Under the pieces are notes generated by a model that did not search any database, had not been told where the DNA came from, and saw only the letters and a program-made list of their open reading frames with translations. Source: Octopus sinensis (taxonomy: Eukaryota). Taken from it: 64,000 bases of DNA. Each line of letters opens with the position of its first letter. Position 1 is the stretch's first letter. Of the stretch, positions 12,855-24,704 are shown one piece after another. The position numbers and the translations under genes were made by a program. Where the stretch lies: positions 10,788,001-10,852,000 of the forward strand of contig NC_043024.1 of the NCBI RefSeq assembly GCF_006345805.1. Reading direction: 5' to 3'.

Positions 12855-13340
12855 AATCTTTTCTTTATTCACCACTGATGGTTTATATAAAATATTGGAG
12901 ACAGAATAGGAAAACACAACACAAAAAGGAACGGGATTTAATCGTGTTAAAAGGTAATAGCAATAAAAATTGTAACAAATAAATCCCCAAAAGAGGGAGG
13001 CTTTCAAGGGCCGCTCGTGGAAACCCCACCAAAACCACACTAGGAACGAGTGTTCAAGGAAACGTGGCTTTTGGCAAAAACTAATTGCAGAGTACGGCTT
13101 CAAGCTGTACCAACACTCTTCCAGTAGATCCAAAGACTTGCTAGGTGGAGGCTTTGAATGAGAATGGATACCTCTGTACAAGAGCAATCCATCGTTACAT
13201 CACAGAAATTTGGAAGCAGAAACCTCGACATTCTGAGGTTACTAACATCGCCACAAGATATCAGAACAAGGGAGGCAAATCTATTCGTTCCGACTTTACA
13301 AGTCGAGTTACACTTGTCCACTGGTTGAGGAGACCCTGAC
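12440..13340 (-). mobile_element. Two 3'-end fragments of Tx1/L1-like LINEs
   Basis: ORF ends RWVNVARMASINGPILTIHL* and QWTSVTRLVKSERIDLPPLF*, followed by pyrimidine-rich UTR and AATAAA/(TTA)n tail; the first is repeated at about 40905-41250. Clade assignment from recalled similarity only. Confidence 0.55.
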
Positions 13341-13364
13341 AGAGATTATGAAACGATAATTACC

Positions 13365-13865
13365 TATTTCTTTACTACCCACAAGGGGCTAAGCACAGAG
13401 GGGACAAACAAGGACAGACAAAGGGATTAAGTCGATTATATCGACCCCAGTGCGTAACTGGTACTTATTTAATCGACCCCGAAAGGATGAGAGGCAAAGT
13501 CGACCTCGGCGGAATTTGAACTGAGAACGTAACAGCAGACGAAATACCTATTTCTTTACTACCCACAAGGGGTCGATTAAATAAGTACCAGTTATGCACT
13601 GGGATCGATATAATCAACTTAATCCCTTTGTCTGTCCTTGCTTGTCCTCTCTGTGTTTAGCCCCTTGTGGGTAGTAAAGAATAGGTATTTCGTCTGCCGT
13701 TACGTTCTGAGTTCAAATTCCGCCGAGGTCGACTTTGCCTTTCATTCTTTCGAGGTCGATTAAATAAGTACCAGTTACGCACTGGGGTCGATATAATCGA
13801 CTTAATCCGTTTGTCTGTCCTTGTTTGTCTCCTCTGTGTTTAGTCCCTTGTGGGTGGTAAAGAAA
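13365..13865. mobile_element. SINE family A copies joined in inverted orientation
   Basis: Minus-strand units 13365-13570 switch to plus-strand units 13570-13865 at a GGGG microhomology. Confidence 0.8.
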
Positions 13866-14588
13866 TAGGGTTCTTTGCAGGGCCAACTCTAAGCTCAGAT
13901 TTGAACAAAATCGCAATTACTTCCCTTGGCCTCATTTCAATCCTAACCCTAACCCCACTCCCACCTCGCTTCCTGCAACGTCTGTGTTTTATCTGTCGGC
14001 TTCTAATCGTCTGCTGGTTTCTGAAAGCTGGCTGGATGGTTGCTTGGTTTGATGGTTTACTTGGCTGGATAACGGGAGGGCTCGCTGGCTGACAGACTGG
14101 CTGGTTGTCGGGTTAGCTGGCAGGGAGGCTTACGGGTCTGCCGGTTAAATATGTCTAAAAGGTTTGTGTGTGTGTATATATACTCTTTACTCTTTTACTT
14201 GTTTCAGTCATTTGACTGCGGCCATGCTGGAGCACCGCCTTTAGTCGAGCAACTCGACACCAGGACTTATTCTTTTGTAAGCCCAGTACTTATTCTATCG
14301 GTCTCTTTTGCCGAACCGCTATGTAACGGGGACGTAAACACACCAGCATCGGTTGTCAAGCAATGCTAGGGGGACAAACACAGACACACAAACACACTAA
14401 CGCATATATATACATATATACGACGGGCTTCTTTCAGTTTCCGTCTACCAAATCCACTCACAAGGCTTTGGTCGACCCGAAGCTATAGCAGAAGACACTT
14501 GCCCAAGGTGCCACGCAGTGGGAATGAACCCGGAACCATGTGGTTGGTAAACAAGCTACTTACAACACAGCCACTCCTATATATATAT

Positions 14589-14740
14589 AATTTATATTAT
14601 ATAGAGGGCATTATTACACATAAATGCCTCACACTAAGAGGGACATAAGTCATTTCTAAGTAGAAATAAGTAGAAATGACTTATGTCCCTCTTAGTGTGA
14701 GGTATTTATGTGTAATAATGCCCTCTATATAATATAAATT
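14589..14740. repeat. Near-perfect 70-bp inverted repeat in (TA)n context
   Basis: Arms 14589-14658 and 14671-14740, one mismatch, 12-nt loop. Confidence 0.92.
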
Positions 14741-14856
14741 AATATGTTCAAAAGAAAAAAATTATTTTCGAATTTTTTCTCTTATGAGGTTTTTCACGCT
14801 ATCTACCTGATAATTTCTTGTTAAGATTCCTTATTAAGAAGTTATCCTTAATTGTT

Positions 14857-14894
<38 letters not shown>

Positions 14895-14900
14895 CATATG

Positions 14901-15012
14901 TATATACTACGTAATTAAGGGTTTAACAACGATTTGCCTCACCACACACCGAATTTAGAAATAGCAGTCAAAAGAGGCAAATCGTTGCTAAACCTTAATT
15001 ACGTAGTATATA
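14901..15012. repeat. About 40-bp inverted repeat with 33-nt spacer in (TA)n context
   Basis: tatatactacgtaattaagggtttaacaacgatttgcctc / gaggcaaatcgttgctaaaccttaattacgtagtatata; spacer related to sequence at about 25085-25135. Confidence 0.88.
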
Positions 15013-15032
15013 TATATATATATATAATATAT

Positions 15033-15133
<101 letters not shown>

Positions 15134-15259
15134 ATATATATTATATATATATATATATTTGTGGTCGGGCGTGAACATATTGTGTGTATGTGAGTGTGAC
15201 TTGTAGGGTCGGCATTCTTCGGTAAAAAGCTGGATGCGAGATTCTGACTGAATGGATTA

Positions 15260-16640
15260 GCGATGATGAAGACGATGGCGGGGTTGGCGCTACTGCTGCT
15301 GATGCTGCTGCTGCTGTTGCTAATGGTGATTGTAGGGGTGGAGGTTAAAGTGATGGTGCTGATAGTGGTGATGGAAAATAGCGGTAGTATAGGCGATAGT
15401 TGTGGTGGTGCTGGTGGTGGTGGTGGTGGTGGTAGTGGTGGTGGTGGTGCTGGTGGTGATGGAATATAGCGGTAGTATAGGCGATAGTTGTGGTGGTGCT
15501 GGTGGTAGAGCGGTGCCGGTGCTGCTAATAGCGGTGGGATGCTGTTGATGGGGGTGGTGGTAATGATGATGATGGTGGTGGTGGTAGTGGTGGTGGTGAT
15601 GATGATGGTGGTAGTAGTGGAGGTGGCGGTGGTGGTGATGATAGTGGTGGTGGTGGTGGTGGTGATAGTGATGATGGTGGTGGTAGTGGTGGCAGTGGTG
15701 GCGGTGGTGTTGATGGTATGATAATGGTTGTAGTGGTGGCGGTGCGGTGCATGAGGTTTCATCAACCGTGGTGGTGGCGGCGTCGGATGAGAGAAAGAGA
15801 GAGAGTTTTCAATGAATAGACGGATGAAGGGGGGGAGGCTTACCCTCCCCCCCCCCACCACCACCACCACATACACACATACGCTCTCTCTCTCTCTCTC
15901 TCTCCCTCTCTCTCTCTCTGTCTCTTCCCCTCCTCCTCGCTATCTTCCTCCCCTCCCACTCCCACTCCCTTACACCTTCACCGATATTTTCGAATGTGCT
16001 GAGGCACTTCAATAGAAATGTGTGCCAAATACTAAGGAATGGGGGGGGAGCGAGGCGAGGCGACGGGGGGGGGGGGGACGAAGATAATGGCAATAATGAG
16101 GATGGCGGTGGTGGAGGCGGTGGCGGTTAAACCACGTGGTTGCGAGCTTGAAGAGATGATCAGATGAGATTATGGGATATTCATGCCTCCTCGTGAGGAG
16201 GGTGGTGGGGTGGGGTGGGGTGGCGGAGTGGAGGGTGCGGTGGAAGAGGAAAAGGAGGGAGAGGAGGAGGAGGGTTGTTGTGATGGGGGTGGTAACATTT
16301 TAGGGTGACAATGGAGAGGACGACGACGACGACGATGATGATGATGATGATGGTGATGATGTCGATGATGATGATGTATTGATGACGATGATGATGTATT
16401 GATGACGATGATGATGATGATGACGATGATGATGATGATTGATGATGATGATGATTGATGATGATGATGATGATGACGATGATGACGACGACGATGATGA
16501 TGGTGATGATGATGATGATGATGAGAGTGATGACGATGATGGTGATGATGATGATGTTGACGATGATGATGACGACGACGATGATGACGACTACGACGAT
16601 GATGATGATGACAGCGATGGTGATGATTAAGATGGCGACG
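15260..16640. repeat. Compound trinucleotide repeats (GGT, GAT, GCT, GAC) with short unique spacers
   Basis: Directly visible; explains the poly-M/D/T/P/H ORFs. Confidence 0.9.
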
Positions 16641-18190
16641 ACAACGAAGATGAGGATAATGCTACAGGCGCTGATGACAGTAAGCATTTCATCACAAAAT
16701 AGTAAATTTGGAACACACCACCAGATGAGATTAGGGGATGTTCATGCCTATCCCGCATTGAATGGGGTTCTTTTTAGACAAATACAAAACTTACAAAAGC
16801 AAGATTTTTATATTTGATCATTTTACTCTTTTACTCTTTTACTTGTTTCAGTCATTTGACTGCGGCCATGCTGGAGCACCAACTTCAGTCGAGCAAATCG
16901 ACCCCGGGACTTATTCTTTGTAAGCCTAGTACTTAATCTATCGGCCTCTTTTGCCGAACCACTAAGTTACGGCGACGTAAACACACCAGCATCAGTTGTC
17001 AAGCGATGTTGGGGGGACTAACACAGACACGCAAACACACACGCACACATACATATATATATACATAGATACGACGGGCTTCTTTCAGTTTCCGTCTACC
17101 AAATCCACTCACAAGGCATTGGTCGGCCCGGGGCTATAGTAGAAGACACTTGCCCAAGGTGCCACGCAGTGGGACTGAACCCGGAAACCATATGGTTGGT
17201 AAGCAAGCTACTTACCACACAGCCACTCCTGTGCCTGATAATAATTAGCAACATAATTAGCAAGGTAATTGGCCCCATTGTTTAAGAAGCCTGCCTCACA
17301 ACCGCAGTCCTCGTCTGACCCCTCCGAGTGAGATCCTGGGCAAGTGCCCTTCGTTGGGGCCCTGCACCAGCTGAATATCTTGTGAGTGAAGTGTGAGTTA
17401 GATCATGATAGGAATATATCAGAAAGCTTAAAGTTTAATGAATTCGTTAACAGAATAATTAAGAGATAATTTATTCAATATTCAGGCTGAAGGAATGTCT
17501 CACTGAGATGAAAGCAGAACTTTAAGCTTGTTATTTCACTAACGAAGCCGTGTTCACAAATATATTATCATACGTACAAAGGCATTGCTCCAGGATGGCC
17601 TCAGCCTCTGGCTGAAACTAATGAATGCGGACATCTTTCTAATACTTAGACTGTGGCCATGCTGGAGTACAGGTTCGTAGGCTTTTTAGTCAACCCCAGG
17701 ACATATTTATTAAAACCTAGTAACTATTGGTTACTTTTGCTTAAAACTAATAAGGTACAGGAACGTAAACAAACCAACACCGGTTATCAACTAGTGGTGG
17801 CAGACAAACGCACATGCGCGCACACACACACACATACACATGTAAGTATGTATGTGTATATGACAGGCTTCTTTCAGTTTCGATCTACCAAATCCACTCA
17901 CAAGGCTTTGATCGCACTAGGGCTATGATAAAAGACACTTGCCCAAGGTGCCACACAGTAGGACTGAACCCAGAATCATGTGATTGGGAAGCAGTGTGTG
18001 TGTGTATGTGTGTGCCAGGGTGCTTATGGCTACATGGATGACATCAGGCAGCCACAAATATATATATACAGAGAGAGAGAGAGAGAGATACATACATATA
18101 TTCAAATATGAATAATTAGAAGCACCTCAAGACTTATAAACAAAATTGAACACACATACACAGGGTATATATATATATATATATATATAT

Positions 18191-18222
<32 letters not shown>

Positions 18223-18432
18223 TTAACATCTGTTGTCCATGCTGGCAAGGGTTGGATGGTTTGACTGGGTTGGCACGCTGGATGGCTGCACCAGACTCTT
18301 GTCTGATTTGGTATGGTTTCCTACAGCTTGATGCCCTTCCTATATATATATATAGAGAGAGAGTGAGAGAGAGATAGAGAGAGAGATGTATGTATGTATG
18401 TATGTATGCATATGTATATATTTATGTATATA

Positions 18433-18994
18433 CGAGGGTGAGTCAAAAAGTAATGCCATTTTGTTTAGGACAGGTATAATTACCAACACAGGAACATGTA
18501 TCATACTTCAAAATGAAGCTGGTCCTCTGTGGATCACATTCCTACTTCTCAGCACAGTCACCGTTTCTCTCAATAGCAATGTTCCACCTTTGAATGAAAG
18601 CATGTATCCCTGCCCCGTAAAATTCTGTTGACTGTTCTTTGAGCCACTTCTTCACTACAGTTTCCACTTCCTCATCACTGGAATAATGTTTGCCTCTCAG
18701 AACCTCTTTCAAGGTGTCGAAGATTATTCCAGTGATGATGATAGTCCAGTGACGAGGAAGTGGAAACTGTAGTGAAGAAGTGGCTCAAAGAACAGTCAAC
18801 AGAATTCTACGGGGCAGGGATACATGCTCTCATTCAAAGGTGGAACATTGCTATTGAGAGAAACAGTGACTATGTTGAGAAGTAGGGATGCGATCCACAG
18901 AGGACCAACTTCATTTTGATGTATGATACATGTTCCTGTGTTGGTAATTATACCTGTCCTAAACAAAATGGCATTACCTTTTGACTCACCCTCG
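18433..18994. mobile_element. Mariner-derived fold-back MITE
   Basis: TA|CGAGGGTGAGTCAAAA...TTTTGACTCACCCTCG|TA; about 250-bp inverted arms that encode a mariner transposase C-terminus (FDTLKEVLRGKHYSSDEEVETVVKKWLKEQSTEFYGAGIHALIQRWNIAIERNSDYVEK*). Confidence 0.92.
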
Positions 18995-19058
18995 TATATA
19001 CATAAATCATCATCATCATCATCATCGTTTAACGTCTGTTTTCCATGCTAGCATGGGT

Positions 19059-19090
<32 letters not shown>

Positions 19091-19093
<3 letters not shown>

Positions 19094-19335
19094 AGAGTAA
19101 ACACATAAATGTGAAACAAGGTGGAAAAAAGAGTACTCAAATACCAGTGGTAGAGTAATATGCTTTATTTTAAGCAGCAGAAAATTCAACAAAATCTGTT
19201 ACTCTGAGTTTCTCGTTGCCGTTCATCAGACAGTTTTTGCTAGAAAAACTGTCTAGCAAAAACTGTCTGATGAACGGCAACGAGAAACTCAGAGTAACAA
19301 ATTTTGTTGAATTTTCTGCTGCTTAAAATAAAGTA
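19091..19335. mobile_element. Fold-back element, Penelope-like pLTR fragment with two opposed hammerhead motifs
   Basis: About 82-bp arms 19162-19244 and 19252-19333; (TA)n on both flanks; left arm continues to 19091. Confidence 0.75.
19190..19237 (-). ncRNA. Type I hammerhead ribozyme motif (second copy on plus strand at 19261-19300)
   Basis: AAAACTGT-CTGATGA-ACG GCAA CGA-GAAA-CT CAG AG-TA-ACAG(A)TTTT: stem I CTGT/ACAG, core CUGAUGA and GAAA, short stem III, GUA cleavage triplet. Stem II closing pair is an A-A mismatch. Confidence 0.65.
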
Positions 19336-19358
19336 TATATATATACATATATATATAC

Positions 19359-19393
<35 letters not shown>

Positions 19394-19472
19394 CACATAT
19401 ATATAAATACACATATAAATGTATGTATATATAGATATACTCTTAATATTTAATATATGTGTGTATATATAT

Positions 19473-19521
<49 letters not shown>

Positions 19522-19722
19522 TATAGCAATACATATTAATACATCCACACACACATATACATTGACGCATCCAACACACACAAACACTCGTGCTTCCAAA
19601 TTGATATTACATCAGCAGATTTAATTTAAATAACATTCTTGTAATTACTGGCAACGAATGAAATAATTGCTTTAAGGTACGAAACAGATTATAAACAAAT
19701 ATATACACACATACATGTATGC

Positions 19723-19817
<95 letters not shown>

Positions 19818-20279
19818 ATATAGATCTATATATATATATGTATGTATGTATGTATGTATATACATACATATATACATACATGCATATATATATATGTATA
19901 TATACATTATATATATATGTGTGTGTATACATCATATATATATACATGTATGTGTGTGTATGAATATGTATACATAATTATATATATATTGATATGCATA
20001 TATAGATAAGTGTGTGTGTGTGTCTGTATGTGTGCATAACCTTCACAGATAGATTAATTAATTCGTCTAAGTTTAATGGTTTCCAGTGTATGAATTCTGT
20101 ATTTTTATGACCAGAAAATATTTGTTCTTCAGAATAATGGGCAACAATTTGATACAAATTTCCTAAGTTTTTTGTTTGTTCTTGTTTAGTTTTATGCCTA
20201 ACAACCGGCACATTACATCCATATTGGCAATTTCGATTCACTTTATAGACAGACAGACAAACAGACAGACAGACAGGCA

Positions 20280-20356
<77 letters not shown>

Positions 20357-20744
20357 GATAAATAGATAGATAAATAGATAGATAGACAGACAGACAGATA
20401 GATAGATATATAGATAGATAGACTGGCCTCCGTGCCTGTGGCACGTAAAAAGCACCATCCAATCGTGGCCGTTGCCAGCCTCGTCTGGCCTCTGTGCCGG
20501 TGGCACGTAAACAGCACCATCCGATCGTGGCCGTTGCCAGTCTTGTCTGGCACGTAAAAAGCACCCACTACACTCACGGAGTGGTTGGCATTAGGAAAGG
20601 CATCCTGCTGTAGAAACACTGCCAGATCAGATTGGAGCCTGGTGCAGCCTTCTGGCCTCCCAGACCCCAGTTGAACCGTCCAACCCATGCTAGCATGGAG
20701 AACGGACGTTAAACGATGATGATAATGATGATGGTGATGATGAT

Positions 20745-20819
<75 letters not shown>

Positions 20820-20871
20820 GGATAAATAGATAGATAGACAGATAGATAGATAGATAGATAGACAGATAGAC

Positions 20872-20906
<35 letters not shown>

Positions 20907-20907
20907 G

Positions 20908-20938
<31 letters not shown>

Positions 20939-20943
20939 CAGAC

Positions 20944-20974
<31 letters not shown>

Positions 20975-20987
20975 GAGATAGATAGAT

Positions 20988-21042
<55 letters not shown>

Positions 21043-21043
21043 G

Positions 21044-21107
<64 letters not shown>

Positions 21108-21113
21108 GGATAA

Positions 21114-21150
<37 letters not shown>

Positions 21151-21190
21151 CAGATAGATAGAGATAGATAGATAGATAGTTGGATGGTTG
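20745..21190. repeat. (GATA)n/(GACA)n tetranucleotide array
   Basis: Directly visible; similar arrays at about 806-1110, 7440-7770 and 27840-28010. Confidence 0.95.
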
Positions 21191-21370
21191 GATGGATGGA
21201 TGGATGGGTGGGTGGTAGACAGATAGACAGACAAATGGGCAGATGGACGGAAAGATGTATAGATAGATGGATAGGTAGGTACGTAGGCAGGTAGATATGT
21301 AGGCACATAGCTAGGTGGATGAGTGGGTAGATAGATAGATAAATATACAGAAACACAGGCAGGCCGATAG

Positions 21371-21459
<89 letters not shown>

Positions 21460-21480
21460 TAGAGAGATACATACATACAT

Positions 21481-22168
21481 ACATGATGGCTGCCCCCTTG
21501 TTATCGACTATGACCATTGCACGAAGATTAACCATTACTGGTGCTGTGATCGAATGTGACTTTTTAGCCCAGCTAAAGATCTACAATGTCTTGTACAGAA
21601 TTGGCAGCTAAAACCTTTACCGGTAATAGCCGGCTGTAGTTGTAACTGGGCTTCATGTACCTTTGCATGTCGTTTAAGTCCTCCTGCTGAATTACACTCT
21701 CTTCCACATGCCCGACAGATATGATTAGTATGGTGTGTTACACCACCACCAGTGGCCAGGTTGTCACTCATCTGTCTCGCTTTATGACTACGAAGATGAC
21801 TCTTGAGTCCAGCTTTACTGAGACAGGGCCTTGCAAAGACATTGCATGTCAGAATCAAAGGAAGACCCTTCCCTTCTGGAAGTGTAACAGCGATGCCCTT
21901 CCTGACATCCCTCCTTACTTTCTCATGTGCAACTCGAGGTTTCTCAAACGTGGCTGTCCACTCATGCACAATCCTTCTCCACCTGCTACGATCAATAGCT
22001 ATGCCTTCCCATGTGTCAGGAGAGATGCAAGCATCTCTTAAGGAAGCCTTCAGCAAGTCCTTATACCACTTTTTTGGTTTAAGTGGAGGTCGTTCTCCTT
22101 TAGCTAACTCTCCATAAAAGAGTTGTTTTGGCATCCTTCATTCTGACCAGATGACCACTACATACATA
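21481..22168 (-). mobile_element. 5'-truncated RTE-type LINE with three C-terminal C2H2 zinc fingers
   Basis: GHLVRM..MPKQLFYGELAKGERPPLKPKKWYKDLLKASL...WEGIAIDRSRWR is a typical RTE ORF end, followed by three C2H2-like repeats, stop at 21535, short UTR and (ATGT)n tail; (TACA)n also at the other end. Confidence 0.88.
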
Positions 22169-22859
22169 CATATGTACATACGTAGAAAGAAAAAAATCAT
22201 CTAAGTTACAGGGACTGATGTCAATTGTTTTTTAGTTAAAGCTGTAGCTTTAATCTGCCCAGGGTTACCTCCCTTCAGTATTTCCCATTGAGGAAAGCCA
22301 AATAGCCAGAAACAGCTGTCTGGGAATCCAATAGGGTGAAGCACTGGGCTGATACAATGTTTCTGCACTTTTTACTAAAAGAGAGAATTATTTTTCTCCG
22401 TGCTAACTGCAGTGATGTGTGCATATGTGTGTGTCTGTCTGTTTGTCTGTAACTATCTCATGATGGTCTAAACTAAGCTTCATGGAATGTCTGAACGAAA
22501 CAGTTCTGAGTGAATCAACTCCTTCCCCAGTCGCTACAGTTCATCGAATACAACTTCTGATGGACAGCAACACTAATACCTACAACACGCTGTCTCACCA
22601 ACCTCTACAAGTCCTCTAGCATCCAGACTGTTCTATCAAATGTAATGCATATCTCTTCATATTGTTTTGAATTAGTTAGTTAGTTAGTTAGTTAATCTTG
22701 TATTACCTCGTAGCTTCAGAATTTCAATGTTGTGATTCTTTATATTAAGAATGACCTTGTAGGACAGGTGTAAGAGACCAGATCTGGCCAGTTTGAATAT
22801 AGGACAGGTAAAATATTTAGGATGGATTAAGGACAGTTTCAATGCAAAGGGGGAAATGT

Positions 22860-22872
22860 GCTTTCTCTCTTG

Positions 22873-22904
<32 letters not shown>

Positions 22905-23203
22905 ACCTACCTCTCACTCACGCTCACTCTTTCTCTCGCGCACTTTCTCTCTCTCACTCATTCATTCTCTCTCTGTCTCACTCTCTCGCTCTTTCTCTCT
23001 CTCCTCTCTCTCTCTCACTTTCTTACTCTCTTACTCTTTCTCTCCCTCACTCTATTTTTCTCTCCCCCTCTCTCTACCTTTCTCTCACTCTCTTGCCCTT
23101 TCTCACTTACTCTCTCTCACTCTCCCTTACACAATCATTCTCTCTCACTCTCACTCTCTCTCATTCTCCCTTTCTCTTGCTCTTTCCCTCTCTCTCACTC
23201 ACC

Positions 23204-23237
<34 letters not shown>

Positions 23238-23240
23238 CCC
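22860..23240. repeat. Degenerate (CT)n polypyrimidine tract
   Basis: Directly visible. Confidence 0.9.
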
Positions 23241-23955
23241 CACCCCACCCCATACACCACTTAATAGTGGGGGTTGAATATCTGCTGAATAAATTACAAA
23301 GCCAATATCTCCCCAAATCTCCCCCCACAATTTCCTCTTTCCTTTATAACTGCCACGCTCACCACAAATCTCTCAGAGAGAGAGAGAAGAGTCTCACCAA
23401 TAATTACAAAACCCATACTCAGCGGCCGAGTCAGACGAGTGCAGAAAACCGTAGGTCCACAACAGCGAAAACCAACAGCAGCAACAGCTTCGGCACCATC
23501 AGCAACAGCAGCAGCAGTGATATGTCAGACAAGGCAGCAAATTGTATGTGTGACTTACACTTTGAACTCAACTTATCTCTTGAATAATCCTTGAAGAAAA
23601 TCTATAATTAAAAGAAGCTAATTTCGGTACAGCCACGGTCGTTTGATTGAGAAGCTCCTCCGCTTCAGGGTTCCGAGTTCAATCAACACTGACCTCCCCC
23701 CACCCACCACCACCACACATACATACACTCACAACAGTGCAATGAGCGATGGATAAGAGTTCTGGCTTCTCTTGGAAGGCAACATAACAAAAGAAACCGC
23801 TGAGACCTTGAAATGGTCAAAGAATTTCACAGCTTACAATACAAACAATAAAATTAAGAAAATATGTATCCCTGCTTTTTGAACCTATGGACCCTTTTGT
23901 TTCTGATTTGATTCATGTGGACCCTTCTAGTCATTTGATATTTTTTTAAGAATCC

Positions 23956-23986
<31 letters not shown>

Positions 23987-23987
<1 letters not shown>

Positions 23988-24534
23988 TATGTTTGACTTT
24001 TGCTTTATATTTGTTCAAATTGGCTCCAAGTCTCACCCAGAGACCTCAAAAGACAACAGGTTGGAAGTTCATGTTGGTGTTATGCCTAGGGTGCCATATA
24101 TTTGGTTTTGTACATAGTATTGTTCTAGAGAATGTTTAAGAAACCATACGAAAATTATGTTTGTTTTAAAACTTGAGATTACATAGAAAGTATTTTACGT
24201 AGGATATGAGCAGTTCCCATGAGCACTATCTTTTGAATTTCTGCCATTTTTGGGTTTCCTGGTATCTGAGTTAGGTAGCAATCAGCCCCTTTTGCTATCA
24301 TTCCCAGGGCAACTATGACAACAGGTACTGTTTTAGTCTTCAGCTTCCACATTTTGCTGATTTCTATTTCAAGATCTTTATATTTGCTCAGTTTCTGGTA
24401 GGTCTTGACAGATACGTTTATATCAATTGGGACAGTCATATCAATGAGGAGGCATGTTCTTTGTCTGACATCTTTCAATATAATGTCTGGCATATTCACA
24501 TCTACCTTTCTGTCAGTATGAATGGTGAAGTTCC
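23987..24534 (-). mobile_element. 5'-truncated R4/Dong-like RLE non-LTR retrotransposon in an (AAT)n tract
   Basis: NFTIHTDRKVDVNMPDIILKD...LIDMTVP...KLSKYKDL...VPVVIVALG...QKIVLMGTAHILRKILSM*, a PD-(D/E)xK-type endonuclease C-terminus (stop at 24179); (TAT)n at 23956-23986 and 24535-24550. Confidence 0.88.
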
Positions 24535-24704
24535 TATTATTATTATTATTAGAATTAAATATTAGGAATTGTAGAAGAAAAAAAATTGTTAAAATGTTTT
24601 GTGTTTTTAGAAATATAACCAATTCATGGAACATATTTTTATCTGAAGACAAGTCTTGTAAGGATCCCCCAAGAGATATACGGACCCTGGATGAGAAACA
24701 CTGA

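Noticed and set aside
17495-17525. Hammerhead-like ctgaaggaatgtctcactgagatgaaagc
   Set aside because: Core is CTGAAGG, not CTGANGA, and stems I and III cannot form.
22793-23587. 264-aa plus-strand ORF
   Set aside because: Mostly the (CT)n tract; no domain.
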